Shown here: in pieces, positions 1-9,518 of the stretch
Numbering within the stretch: position 1 is the first letter of the stretch
Layout of the letters: each line of letters opens with the position of its first letter
Assembly (NCBI GenBank): GCA_039589315.1
Contig: JBDHHQ010000013.1
Span: forward strand, 128,001-192,000
From: Gemmatimonadota bacterium
Lineage (GTDB): Bacteria > Gemmatimonadota > Gemmatimonadetes > Longimicrobiales > Gaopeijiaceae
Direction of reading: 5' to 3'
Length of the DNA: 64,000 bases
Translations under genes and position numbers: made by a program
The notes under the pieces: model-generated
Database searches by the model: none
Told to the model about the DNA's origin: nothing
The model's input: the letters and a program-made list of their open reading frames with translations, nothing else

Positions 1-1162
1 GGATGGCCTGCTCGAGGAGCTCGTCCGACGTGGCGAAGCTGAGACGGACGAAGCGGTCGTCGCCGAAGGCCACTCCCGGGACCATGGCGACCCCTGTCTC
101 CTCCAGCATGCGCGTGCACCAGGCGGACGAATCGGCGCAATCCTCGTCGAAGAGCGAGTCGACTCGGAAGAACAAGTAGAACGCGCCTCGGGGCTCGACG
201 AACGGCAGGTCCGGTAGCGCCTGACGGAACAGACCCGTCACCAGGTCCCTACGCCGGCGAAAAGCGGCCGTCATCTCGGCGGCCGAGGCGAGGGCCCTCT
301 CCGGGTCGCCGTACGCGGTCAACGCCGCCATCTGAGAGGGGGCAGCCGCGTTGGACGTCATGTGGCTCTGCAGCGCGCTCATCTTGCCCGCCACTTCGGG
401 CGCGGTGTACGCATAGCCGATTCTCCAGCCGGTCATGGCCCAGCTCTTGGAGACACCGTCGATCAGGACGAAGTCGCCGAGGGCGTCGGCCGGCAGGCTC
501 AGGAGACCGGCCGCGGCGGACTCCTCCGCGCCGTAGTAGATGTGCCGGTAGATCTCGTCGGTAATCAGCCAGACTCCCCGGTCCCGAGACCAGCGAGCCA
601 CGGCCTCCAGCTCCGCCTTGCCGTAGACGGCCCCCGTAGGATTCGACGGCGACGAGAGGATCAGTCCCTTCGTCCGGTGGGTGGCGGCCCGATCCAGGTC
701 CTCCGGTGCCAAGAGAAACTCCCGCGACTCGGCACCGGCGACGAACACCGGCTCCGCCCGGGCGAGGGTCACGATCTGCGGGTAGCTCGTCCAATACGGC
801 GACCCGATGAGCACTTCGTCACCGGGCCCGAAGAGCGTGAAGGCCGCGTTGAACAGCGACTGCTTGGCGCCGTTGCCCACCACGATGCCGTCCGCCGTCA
901 CCGCGCGGCCGCTTTCGTGGGCCATGAACCCGGCGATGGCCTGACGAAGCGCCGGCATGCCTGGCGTGGGCGTGTACCGGGTCCGACCGTCACGGATCCC
1001 TCCCACCGCACCGTCGGAGATCCACGTGGGCGTGTCGAAGTCCGGCTCGCCGGCGCTGAGGTTGATGATGTCCCGTCCCTCCGCCGTCAGCTTCTTCGCG
1101 AGCGTGCTCACGGCGATGGTGGCGGACGGTTGCAGTCGGCTGATGTTCTCGCTGAAGCCCAT
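1..1162 (-). CDS. PLP-dependent class I/II aminotransferase (aspartate aminotransferase-like), 3' end runs off the window
   Basis: Read manually (not in ORF track): ATG at 1162, MGFSENISRLQPSATIAVSTLAKKL..LSAGEPDFDTP..YTPTPGMPALR..GAKQSLF..SPSNPTG..DEIY..SKSWAMTGWRIGY (PLP-lysine motif). Confidence 0.93.
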   Translation of the reverse strand, partial: MGFSENISRLQPSATIAVSTLAKKLTAEGRDIINLSAGEPDFDTPTWISDGAVGGIRDGRTRYTPTPGMPALRQAIAGFMAHESGRAVTADGIVVGNGAKQSLFNAAFTLFGPGDEVLIGSPYWTSYPQIVTLARAEPVFVAGAESREFLLAPEDLDRAATHRTKGLILSSPSNPTGAVYGKAELEAVARWSRDRGVWLITDEIYRHIYYGAEESAAAGLLSLPADALGDFVLIDGVSKSWAMTGWRIGYAYTAPEVAGKMSALQSHMTSNAAAPSQMAALTAYGDPERALASAAEMTAAFRRRRDLVTGLFRQALPDLPFVEPRGAFYLFFRVDSLFDEDCADSSAWCTRMLEETGVAMVPGVAFGDDRFVRLSFATSDELLEQAI

Positions 1163-1464
1163 GGCTACGGCTCTCTCGTCTCACGTCGGTCGGGGATGCG
1201 ACGCCGTCCTCCCTGTGGACCGCGCCCGCGGAAAGATCGGCGCCTCTCCCCGACCGATCAACCCGGAGTGCTCGGCGGGCCACCCGTCGCCGGCTCGCCG
1301 GCCGACTCGTTTGACCGACCCGGGCTGAAGTGCGCGATCGGTAGCGGCGAACCGTCGGATCGGCGAGCTTTCTTCCCTCCGGTCCTCCCGGCCGCCGAAC
1401 GGGCTCCAGGCTCGTGGTCGCCGGATGGCCCGTGCCTGTTCGTCCGGCCCTCGAGAGGAGCCGC

Positions 1465-3096
1465 ATGGAATCGTTCGAAGAGCTCGGCCTCGACGCCGCC
1501 CTGGTGGAGGCGCTCGCCGCCGAGGGGCTGGAGCGTCCGACCGCGTTCCAGCAGGCCGCCGTCCCCGTGATGCGACGGGGAAACAACCTGATCGGCCGAG
1601 CCGGCCCGGGGAGCGGGTGCGGGGTGGCCGTGGCGGCCGCCCTCCTGGCCCGGCTGGACCCGGAGGCTGACGCGACCCGTGCCCTGATCCTGGCCCCGAG
1701 CCGCGACGCAGCTCACCGCGGAGCCGAGGCGCTTGCGCGACTCGCGCTGAGCACGGGGCACCGCCTCGCGGCCCTCGGCTCACCATGGGCGCTGCCGGAG
1801 CGAGCAGCGATCCTCTTCGGCACGCCCGGTGATCTCCTCTCGGCCGTGCGGGCCTCCCGGATCAAGCTGGACGAGCTCGCCACGCTGGTCGTGGACGGCG
1901 CGGCCACAATGGTGGAGCTCGGCGAGCTGCCGGCGCTGGAGGCGCTCTTCGAGATCGTGCCAGCAGAGGCCCAACGAATCCTCCTGTCCCTCCCGTTCAC
2001 CGCCGAGGTGGAGGACCTGGCGGAGCGCCACGTGCGCAAGGCCGTTCACGTGCCGCCTCGTTCCGTGGGGGGCGCCGACCAGCGGGCGTCCGTCGACCGT
2101 GGTGGCCTCGGGTACAGGGTGGCGGGTGACGACCGTTCGGCGACGCTCCTAGATACCGTGGCCAGCGCGCTGGGCGACGATGTCCCTCACGTGCTCGTCT
2201 TCTTCTCGTCCGAGGATCGCGCTGCCGATCTGGGAGACTTCCTCACGCTCCACGGCTTCACTGCCGGGGCGCCGGGAGACACTGCCGTCCCCGTGTGGCT
2301 GGCCGTGGAGGAGCTCGAGGCACGGCAGATCCTCAAGGACTTCGGGGGCTTGGAAGAAGTGGCGACCGTGAGCTGCGACGTCCCGGGAGACCCCGACGCC
2401 CTCGACCGACGACACGGAATCGGCAGCGGCGGCACCGTCCTCCTCGTCCCCGCTGAGCTCCCCCACGTCCGTGACTGCGCCACGCGCGCCGGCTATAGGC
2501 TGACGCCCCAGCCCGAGGGAGGCCCGCCGCCGCGGATCACCTCCCGGCTTCAGCAGCTCAGGGACCGGGTCACCCGTGCCCTCCAGGAGAGCGACCTTTC
2601 CGGGGAGTTCCTCATCCTCGAGCCTCTGTTCGAAACCCACTCCCCGGCCGAGGTGGCTGCCGCCGTTCTCTCGCTGGCGCGTGACACGGCTCCCCCGGCC
2701 GACGTCACGGCCGGACGCGCCTCGGAGGGCCGGATCACCCCCAGGCCGGGCACGGCCTGGTCTCGTTTGTTCATCAGCGTGGGGTCCAGGGACGGGATCG
2801 GCCCCGGGGACCTGGTCGGCGCCATATCCGGTGAGGCCGGCGTCAAGGGCTCTCAGGTCGGGAAGATCGAGATCCGCGACACGTTCTCGCTCGTGGAAGT
2901 GGAGCAGGGCGTGGCGGAACGGGTGATCCAAGCCCTCAACGGAACGACGCTACGGGGGCGTAGCACCCGGGTGGACTACGACCGCGGGTCGAGGCCCGGT
3001 GGGCGAGGCGGCCCACCGCGGGGTAAGGCACGGGCCCCCCGCGGACGCAGCTCGGGGGGAGGAGGCCCGCGGGCCGGCGGTCGGCCCGGCGGCTGA
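1465..3096 (+). CDS. DEAD-box helicase-like protein (DeaD/CsdA architecture) with C-terminal DbpA RNA-binding domain; catalytic motifs degenerate
   Basis: GAGGAG RBS before ATG 1465; FEELGL..PTAFQ Q-motif; C-terminal RLFISVGSRDGIGPGDLVGAI..VGKIEIRDTFSLVEV (DbpA RBD); RG-rich tail. Confidence 0.85.
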   Translation: MESFEELGLDAALVEALAAEGLERPTAFQQAAVPVMRRGNNLIGRAGPGSGCGVAVAAALLARLDPEADATRALILAPSRDAAHRGAEALARLALSTGHRLAALGSPWALPERAAILFGTPGDLLSAVRASRIKLDELATLVVDGAATMVELGELPALEALFEIVPAEAQRILLSLPFTAEVEDLAERHVRKAVHVPPRSVGGADQRASVDRGGLGYRVAGDDRSATLLDTVASALGDDVPHVLVFFSSEDRAADLGDFLTLHGFTAGAPGDTAVPVWLAVEELEARQILKDFGGLEEVATVSCDVPGDPDALDRRHGIGSGGTVLLVPAELPHVRDCATRAGYRLTPQPEGGPPPRITSRLQQLRDRVTRALQESDLSGEFLILEPLFETHSPAEVAAAVLSLARDTAPPADVTAGRASEGRITPRPGTAWSRLFISVGSRDGIGPGDLVGAISGEAGVKGSQVGKIEIRDTFSLVEVEQGVAERVIQALNGTTLRGRSTRVDYDRGSRPGGRGGPPRGKARAPRGRSSGGGGPRAGGRPGG

Positions 3097-3236
3097 GCCC
3101 GGTACGCCGGGCGGTGAGCAGGCCTGCAGGGTCACGCCGGCACGGGCAGCTCGGTCTACGGGTCGACCCGCCACGGGATCGTCCGGCCTGAACGGCCGGG
3201 CCTGCCCTCCCCGCAGACCGATCGGCCGCAGGTGCC

Positions 3237-3521
3237 CTACCGCATGGACTCCTTCAGACCCTTCCCCGCGCGGAATGCCGGTGCCCGGGACGCCGCGATC
3301 TGTATCGCCTCACCCGTGCGAGGATTGCGGCCGGTACGAGCCTTGCGGTTCTTGCACTCGAACGTGCCGAACCCGGCGATCTGGACCCGCTCGCCGGTGT
3401 CCAACGCTGTGGAGATGAGGCCGCCGTGCGGGGCGAACAACTCATCGATGGCCGTGGCCGACGCCGCCTTGGTCATGCCGGTTCTGGCAGCGAGGGCATC
3501 GACGAGGTCGGACTTGTTCAT
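3237..3521 (-). CDS. hup: HU family DNA-binding protein
   Basis: MNKSDLVDALA..GERVQIAGFGTF..RKARTGRNPRTGEAIQIAASRAPAFRAGKGLK; GAGGAG RBS. Confidence 0.96.
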   Translation of the reverse strand: MNKSDLVDALAARTGMTKAASATAIDELFAPHGGLISTALDTGERVQIAGFGTFECKNRKARTGRNPRTGEAIQIAASRAPAFRAGKGLKESMR

Positions 3522-3690
3522 GGGCTGACTCCTCTCGAGGGTGTCGGGTGGGGCGGTGACGAGGAACCGGGTAGAGCCGAGTGCCTGCACCCCTGACGCC
3601 CCGCGACCTGGGGGAGCGCAGGAGGGCAGGAAACCTCCGAAAACCGTTGAAATACATGTGTTTTCGCAGGCTCGCACGAGGGTCCACTAC

Positions 3691-3719
3691 AGGGTACACC
3701 TGGCCCAGAGGGGAGTCAA
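3691..3719 (-). promoter_or_regulatory. Putative sigma70 promoter for the HU gene (TTGACT-N17-TACCCT)
   Basis: Minus strand -35 TTGACT (3719-3714), 17-nt spacer, -10 TACCCT (3696-3691); lies near an AT-richer patch about 170 nt upstream of the start codon. Confidence 0.5.
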
Positions 3720-3796
3720 TAGAAGAGTGGCCGAGAAGGCCCGTGCCACCTAGGTTCCCAGCGTCAACGGCCCCCGATCCACCCTGACCCGGCTCC

Positions 3797-4813
3797 ATGC
3801 GCACCTTCACCGTCCGGTTCGCCGCCGCGGCAGGCTACTTCGGTGCCTTGACGGTCATCGGAACCGTCGGATACCGGGTCATCGAGGAGTGGTCGCTCCT
3901 CGACGCCCTGTACATGACGGCCATCACCCTGACGTCCGTCGGGTACGAAGAGGTGCATCCCCTGTCGGAGGTTGGGCAGATTTTCACGATGTTCCTGCTC
4001 GTCGGGGGCATCACCGGCATCGGGATCTGGTTCGCGCTGATCACCGCCTTCATCGTCGAAATCGATCTGACGGATCTGCTGAGGCGTCGAAGGAACGAAA
4101 GGGAGCTCGTCAGAATGAATGACCACGTCGTCGTCTGCGGTGCAGGCCGCACCGGACGTCAGGTGATCGAGGAGCTCGTAGCCACGGGCCAGCCGTTCGT
4201 GGTGATCGAACGCGACCGACGCATCGTCGAGGAGCTGTACGAGGTGCTCCCTGAAGGCCTGGTGATCACGGGTGACGCCACGCTGGATCACAACCTGGAG
4301 GAGGCGAGAGTTGAAACGGCTCGTGCCCTGGTGGCGTCGCTGAGCGCCGATGCGGACAACCTGTTCGTCTGCCTCTCCGCCCGTCACCTCAGCCCCGACC
4401 TGATGATCGTCGCCAGGGCCCACGAAGAGCAGGCCATGGACAAGATGTTGCGGGCGGGCGCCGACCGGGTGGTCAGCCCGAACGTGAGCAGCGCCGTTCA
4501 GATGGCGTCGTTCATCGTGCGACCGTCGGTCATGTCCCTCCTGGACGTAATGACCCACTCGGGCGACCTGTCCCTGCGGCTCGAGCAGGCGGAGATCCCC
4601 TCGACCTCAACGCTGGCGGGACAGACGCTGCTGGATGCCGCGATTCCTCAACGGACCGGCCTGATCGTGATCGCGGTCGAGAAGGACACGGACGGCGAAC
4701 GGCGGTTCCTCTTCAATCCGGTGGCCTCGACCCGGCTGGATGCGGGGGACGAGCTGATCGTCCTCGGCGAGCCGGAGCAGGTCGATACGCTCCGCCGTTA
4801 CGTGGGGTCGTAG
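3797..4813 (+). CDS. Potassium channel protein: 2-TM pore plus RCK (TrkA-N/TrkA-C) domains
   Basis: LDALYMTAITLTSVGYEEV pore region; HVVVCGAGRTG Rossmann motif; GDAT; AGADRVVSP; TrkA-C FNP..LDAGDELIVLG. Confidence 0.92.
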   Translation: MRTFTVRFAAAAGYFGALTVIGTVGYRVIEEWSLLDALYMTAITLTSVGYEEVHPLSEVGQIFTMFLLVGGITGIGIWFALITAFIVEIDLTDLLRRRRNERELVRMNDHVVVCGAGRTGRQVIEELVATGQPFVVIERDRRIVEELYEVLPEGLVITGDATLDHNLEEARVETARALVASLSADADNLFVCLSARHLSPDLMIVARAHEEQAMDKMLRAGADRVVSPNVSSAVQMASFIVRPSVMSLLDVMTHSGDLSLRLEQAEIPSTSTLAGQTLLDAAIPQRTGLIVIAVEKDTDGERRFLFNPVASTRLDAGDELIVLGEPEQVDTLRRYVGS

Positions 4814-4922
4814 CATTCGTGCCGGTCCCTGCGCGTGCCGGCACCGTCTCGGTAGCCAACCGACCGGGGCGCCACCCTTCTGGCACGGGCGTCCCGCGCA
4901 CCTCGTCCCCCCCTCACATGCG

Positions 4923-4956
4923 AGTGGGGGGAGCCCGTCCCCGGGCTCCCCCCACT
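4923..4956. terminator. Perfect 15-bp stem hairpin between convergent genes; probable (bidirectional) terminator
   Basis: AGTGGGGGGAGCCCG-TCCC-CGGGCTCCCCCCACT followed by TCATTTC. Confidence 0.7.
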
Positions 4957-5011
4957 TCATTTCGCGCGACGGACCTTCCCTCTCAGGGTGTCCGTCTCGG
5001 CCACCGAGCGT

Positions 5012-5257
5012 TCAGCTCGCGCTTTCCTCGGCGCTCTTCCTCTTCAGCCATCTGATCGCCAGAACCACCAGCAGGACCACGAGGCCGATCTTGAGGCCCA
5101 GCAGCGCCCAACCCAGGACCATCGATCCGAGGGTGGCCAGCCACCCCATGAGGATGGCGGCGAGAGCGGCCCACAGGGGCGCAAGGAGGGTCGCCAGGAT
5201 CTTGAGCAGCGCCGCGCCGGTCAATCCAGCGACGAACAAGGTGCCGAAGGCTCTCAT
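5012..5257 (-). CDS. Small hydrophobic membrane protein, unknown function
   Basis: GGAGGAA RBS then ATG; MRAFGTLFVAGLTGAALLKILATLLAPLW..LLVVLAIRWLKRKSAEESAS, two to three TM segments and a basic tail. Confidence 0.7.
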   Translation of the reverse strand: MRAFGTLFVAGLTGAALLKILATLLAPLWAALAAILMGWLATLGSMVLGWALLGLKIGLVVLLVVLAIRWLKRKSAEESAS

Positions 5258-5427
5258 CGGGTTCCTCCCGCGGAACTCGTGAATCTTGCTGTGTCGTATC
5301 GAGCCCCGGAGGGGCCCGACGTTCATGCGTTAGACAACCGAAGTGGGCAAAAGCGTTGTAGCGGGCCCGTGTATCGGTGTTGCTCGCCGATCCCTACGGG
5401 GTCGGCCCAGGAGAGGTTTCAGGAAAG

Positions 5428-5643
5428 CTACTTGTAACGGTAGGTGACCCGGCCCCGGGTCAGGTCGTACGGGGACATCTCGACCTTCACCCGGTCGCCT
5501 TCCAGGACGCGGATGTAATGCTGCCGCATCTTGCCGGAGAGGTAGGCCAGGATCTCGTGCCCGTTCTCCAGCTCGACACGGAAGTTCGCATTGGGGAGCA
5601 CCTCGGTGACGGTGCCCTCGATCTCGATGGCGTCTTTTGCCAC
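5428..5643 (-). CDS. infA: Translation initiation factor IF-1
   Basis: [71 protein letters not shown]. Confidence 0.99.
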   Translation of the reverse strand: MAKDAIEIEGTVTEVLPNANFRVELENGHEILAYLSGKMRQHYIRVLEGDRVKVEMSPYDLTRGRVTYRYK

Positions 5644-5763
5644 GTACTCTTCCTGCTCGCAGGGGTTGTCGGACTCCCCCGAGGATAGCGGAGAGGCACC
5701 CGTACCGCAACGATTTTCCGGTGGGTGGGCGGTGCGATCGAGAGAGTGATCGTGCCGGTCGAA

Positions 5764-8148
5764 TCAGAAGCGGAAACGGTAGCTGACCTTGGCGAACAGA
5801 CCGTCGGCCACCGCGTTGATGTCGCGGAACCGGAAGGCGTCCGTGTCCCTCATTTGGCGGGTGTATCCCACGTAGAAGACCGTCCCCGGAGACGGCTCGT
5901 AGCCGAGCAGCACGTCGCCGTAGAGGTCGTTGTCCGTGGCACCGTCCCGGGGATCACACTCGTCGTCCCCGCACAGGTACAGAGGCTCCCCCGACTCCGG
6001 GTCCCGGAGCTCGGCGGCCTCCTGACTGCCGTACTCCAGGATCGTCCTCAAGTACCATGCCTTGGTGAATTGGTATTGGATGCGCAGCCTGGGAATCGTG
6101 GCCGTGGAGTACCGCGACCCGTCGGACTGTCGGTTGAGCTGCAGGTAGCGAAGGCCCAGCTCCGCGCTCAGCGACCGTGTCGCGTAGACGGTGGCGCCGA
6201 TCTCACCCTGGAATGAATTCGCGGCCTCGACGGGCACGCGCAGCGCCCGATCGAAGATCGGCGTTTCCTTCCAGGTGAAGCCCATCCGGCCCCGCACGGC
6301 TCCGATCCCTCCCACGAACGAGAAGATGCGCAGCCCGTTCATGGCCTTGAACAGCGACTGATCCGGGTAGAACGGTCGGGCCTGGCCCTCGGGGTCGTCC
6401 GGGTCGCCCACGTAAAGGCCGTCGTACTTTTCGGCCGCATAGTCGAAAACCTCGCTGGTGCCGGTGATCCACACGGAGACGTTGCCCCGAAACGAGGTGC
6501 TGAAGCGGGCCTGGAGCTGGCCTTCCTTGAGCCCCCTCCCGCCCCAGAAGGCGTCGTGGTCCCAGTAGCCCTCGAGCTCGATCGTCGGGCCCCACCGCTC
6601 CAGCAGCGCTCCCGGCCGTCCCCACCAGTTGTAACGAACCTGTCCCTGCAGGCGGGTGTCCCCGATCCGTCGCAGGAAGCCGCTCGACGCCCGGAAGTCC
6701 GGGTGGGTGTCCTCCAGTCCCCCCCCGAAGCTCAGGTTCCGGCCCGACCGGTTGATCTTGGCCGTGAGCAGTCCGCCCGTGAGGGAGCTTCCCGGCGCGT
6801 CACCGGTGATGCTGCCCGCGCCCAGGAGGTCGAGCGTGTAGCGCCGCGCGAAGACCACGCGGGCATCGACGCCCCCCACCCGATTGTACAGGTCCCTCGA
6901 ACGGGTCCGGTCGGTGTAGATCAGGCCCACGTTGGAGGCGCGACCGAGGTCCCGCCTGGCCCGCACCAAGTTCACGAAGACGTTGCCCCCGGGATCGTCC
7001 GCGTCGGTGGCGGAGAGTCGATCGATGGCCCCCAGGTAGCCGATGTCGAAGCCACCCACCTTGCCCGTGAGCTTGGCCCCCCCCAGAGGGTCCACGATCG
7101 TCCGGGTGTAAACGAGCTGCTGGGGAAGGTTGAAGATCTCGGTCCCCTCGAGGAAGAAGGGCCGCTTCTCGGGGAAGAAGATCGCGAAGCGCTCGTTGAC
7201 GGCGATCTGGCCGGCGTCCGCTTCGACCTGGCTGAAGTCGGGATTGTAGGTGGCATCGAAGCGCAGGTCGGGCGTGACCCCGTAGGTGAAGTTCAGCCCG
7301 AAGGCGCCCTCGGCGTTCTCGTGAATGAACTCGCCGGTCTCCGAGTCCTCGACTCCCAGCCGCTTCCCTGTGAGCTCGGGGTTGATCTCCATGAACAGCC
7401 CGGGATTCAGATCCTGCAGCTCCAGGAGCTTGCCCGCCTGGGTGAGCTTGTTCGCCTGGTTGGCCGTGATGGGGGACCAGGACTCCTTGTAGCCGAAGCG
7501 CTGGATGTTCCGCACCACCTGAACACCCCACTCCTGCACGGGCTGGCGCCGGAAGCGGAGGCTCTTGAACGGGACGCGGACCTCGACGGCATAGCCCCAA
7601 TCCTCGAGCCGACCCGACGAGTCCCAGATGAAATCCGGGTTGTCGTCGATGGGGTCCCCGAATCCGCCGCGCCGGCTGCTCTTCCCCTCGATCCACAGGC
7701 CGTCGTGCTGGACGCCCAGAGGATTCACGGTGAAGACGTAGGCGCGTCGCTGATCGTCGAACGTGTCCAGGATGATCCGTACCCAGTCGTCGGACTCCGT
7801 CGCGTTGTCCCGCTGAGCCAGGGTCGCGCGAATCCTGCGCGGATCGGTATCGAAGGCCCGTATCCCGAAGTAGATGGCGTCGGCGGTGGCGAACACCATC
7901 ACCTCGGTTCGCTGCGAAGCGGGGGCGCCCTCCGAGGGATCGTACTGGGTGAATCCCTGCAGCACGGCGGCCTCGGCCCAAGCCTGCTCGTCCAGGATGC
8001 CGTTGATGTCCACGTCGGCCGTGAGGACCCTGGGCGTGGGCACGTCGGTCTCGCCCGCGGATCCGTCGTAGGCAGCCGACGGGGGATCTGGATCGCCGGG
8101 TCCCAGGAGGGAACCAGCCAGGAGCGAGATTGCGAAGACGAGCTTCAT
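5764..8148 (-). CDS. Exported CBM9-like/DUF5916 outer-membrane protein
   Basis: Signal peptide; INGILDEQAW; YVFTVNPLGVQHD; EVRVPFKSLRF; NPDFSQVEAD..VNERFAIFFPEKRPFFLEG; C-terminal KVSYRFRF barrel signature. Confidence 0.85.
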   Translation of the reverse strand: MKLVFAISLLAGSLLGPGDPDPPSAAYDGSAGETDVPTPRVLTADVDINGILDEQAWAEAAVLQGFTQYDPSEGAPASQRTEVMVFATADAIYFGIRAFDTDPRRIRATLAQRDNATESDDWVRIILDTFDDQRRAYVFTVNPLGVQHDGLWIEGKSSRRGGFGDPIDDNPDFIWDSSGRLEDWGYAVEVRVPFKSLRFRRQPVQEWGVQVVRNIQRFGYKESWSPITANQANKLTQAGKLLELQDLNPGLFMEINPELTGKRLGVEDSETGEFIHENAEGAFGLNFTYGVTPDLRFDATYNPDFSQVEADAGQIAVNERFAIFFPEKRPFFLEGTEIFNLPQQLVYTRTIVDPLGGAKLTGKVGGFDIGYLGAIDRLSATDADDPGGNVFVNLVRARRDLGRASNVGLIYTDRTRSRDLYNRVGGVDARVVFARRYTLDLLGAGSITGDAPGSSLTGGLLTAKINRSGRNLSFGGGLEDTHPDFRASSGFLRRIGDTRLQGQVRYNWWGRPGALLERWGPTIELEGYWDHDAFWGGRGLKEGQLQARFSTSFRGNVSVWITGTSEVFDYAAEKYDGLYVGDPDDPEGQARPFYPDQSLFKAMNGLRIFSFVGGIGAVRGRMGFTWKETPIFDRALRVPVEAANSFQGEIGATVYATRSLSAELGLRYLQLNRQSDGSRYSTATIPRLRIQYQFTKAWYLRTILEYGSQEAAELRDPESGEPLYLCGDDECDPRDGATDNDLYGDVLLGYEPSPGTVFYVGYTRQMRDTDAFRFRDINAVADGLFAKVSYRFRF

Positions 8149-8224
8149 GGCGTCATGCTTGGCCGAGGCCCGACGGGTCCGTGCGTCACGCCCCCGGCCA
8201 GCCTCCGCCTATGTTCCCCCCCGA

Positions 8225-8512
8225 GTGATCGGTCACAGCGCGTTGACGGCGAACTTCACCCCCGACGAGGAGCAGCGCATCGTCGCCGCTCTGACTCGCC
8301 GAGAGACACCCACGTGCCCGCGGTGTTCCGGCCACCTCGACGTGCAACGCGTGCCACCCCGTCCCGACGTTGCGTACGTTCGGGACCGGCTCTGGCTGGT
8401 GTGCGGAAGGTGTGGGCGAAGCGCCCTGGTGGACCGCCGCCGCCTCATCCCCGGTGACTCTACCGGGACCGACGGCCCTCCGGCACACGGGCCGTCCGAC
8501 GAGCCGCCATGA
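8225..8512 (+). CDS. Small zinc-ribbon protein (CxxC..CxxC), start uncertain
   Basis: PTCPRCSGHL..LWLVCGRCGRS; in-frame GTG 8225 or TTG 8243; fills the gap between divergent genes. Confidence 0.6.
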   Translation: MIGHSALTANFTPDEEQRIVAALTRRETPTCPRCSGHLDVQRVPPRPDVAYVRDRLWLVCGRCGRSALVDRRRLIPGDSTGTDGPPAHGPSDEPP

Positions 8513-8582
8513 GGGAGACACTCCTCCCTGCGGTTTTGCTGAGGATTGCCCCGGGCGCCCGTCGACCCGAGGTTGGCTGCCC

Positions 8583-9518
8583 ATGCTCAGAGCCCACGAC
8601 CCTCGGAATGCCCTGCTCGGCCGCGGGATGCTCGCCCTCCTGGTCGGGCTCCCCGCCCCCTCACCGCTCTCGGCTCAGGTAACCGCCCCGCTGGTTCTCC
8701 AGCTACCGGCTTCGACCGAAGCCCTCGGCCTCGGCAACGCGTTCCCCGTCTCGGGACGGGACGCCGATGCCGTCTTCTACAATCCGGGCGCCCTGGTGGC
8801 CGCACGGGGAATCGGGCTTGCGGGGCAGCGCTTCGGGCCGGGCAGCACGCTCCTGGGGGCGTCGGCCGCTCTTCCGTGGCTCGGCGGGGTGGTGGGGCTC
8901 GGGGTCCAATCGCTCGCGTACGACGCGGCTTCCGACAGCCTGCCTCCCACGGTCTCGGATCTCCTGAGCGACGGAGAGGTGGCGGTGGCCGAGCTGGCGG
9001 CTTCGCTGGGATACGCCCGGGAGCTGGGGCCCGTAAGTCTCGGGGTCGTGGGCAAGCTCCTCGAGGAGCGGCTGGGAGGGGGCCGGGCCTCGACATTCGC
9101 CGCCGACCTGGGTGCCACGGCCGAAGTCGCCTTCCTCACCCTGGGCCTGGCAATTCAGAATATCGGTTCTGATCTGACCTTCGACGGGGTCGAGCTGGCG
9201 ATGCCCGACCGCGTCACCCTGTCGGGCGCTTTCGAGCCCGAGTCCCTCGGGCCGTTGGACGTCCGAGCAGCTGCGGCGATCTCGCGACGGTCGGACGGCG
9301 AGATCATTCCGGCCGGGGGGCTTGACGTGCGCTATTGGCCCGTGCGGGGCCGGACCTTCATCGGGCGAGTGGGCGTCCAGCGCGTGCCCGATGGGCCCGC
9401 CCGGCCTCTGTCGTTCGGGCTGGCCTTCTGGGGAGACTCGTTCGCGGTGGAGTACGCGTTCCAGGCGTTCGACGGATCTCACGACACCCATCGGGCCGGA
9501 GTGCGCTGGCGCCAGTAG
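8583..9518 (+). CDS. PorV/PorQ (FadL-like) family outer-membrane beta-barrel protein
   Basis: Signal peptide; LPASTEALGLGNAF..DADAVFYNPGAL N-terminal motif; amphipathic strands; EYAFQ..HRAGVRW end. Confidence 0.7.
   Translation: MLRAHDPRNALLGRGMLALLVGLPAPSPLSAQVTAPLVLQLPASTEALGLGNAFPVSGRDADAVFYNPGALVAARGIGLAGQRFGPGSTLLGASAALPWLGGVVGLGVQSLAYDAASDSLPPTVSDLLSDGEVAVAELAASLGYARELGPVSLGVVGKLLEERLGGGRASTFAADLGATAEVAFLTLGLAIQNIGSDLTFDGVELAMPDRVTLSGAFEPESLGPLDVRAAAAISRRSDGEIIPAGGLDVRYWPVRGRTFIGRVGVQRVPDGPARPLSFGLAFWGDSFAVEYAFQAFDGSHDTHRAGVRWRQ

Noticed and set aside
3097..3112. GCCCGG-TACG-CCGGGC hairpin after the helicase-like gene
   Set aside because: Only a 6-bp stem with no U-tract; too weak to call a terminator.
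6556..8457. 633-aa plus-strand ORF, and similar long antisense ORFs (362..1570, 28001..29635, 49949..51601, 53421..55163, 57813..59369)
   Set aside because: All overlap well-supported genes on the other strand and lack family motifs.
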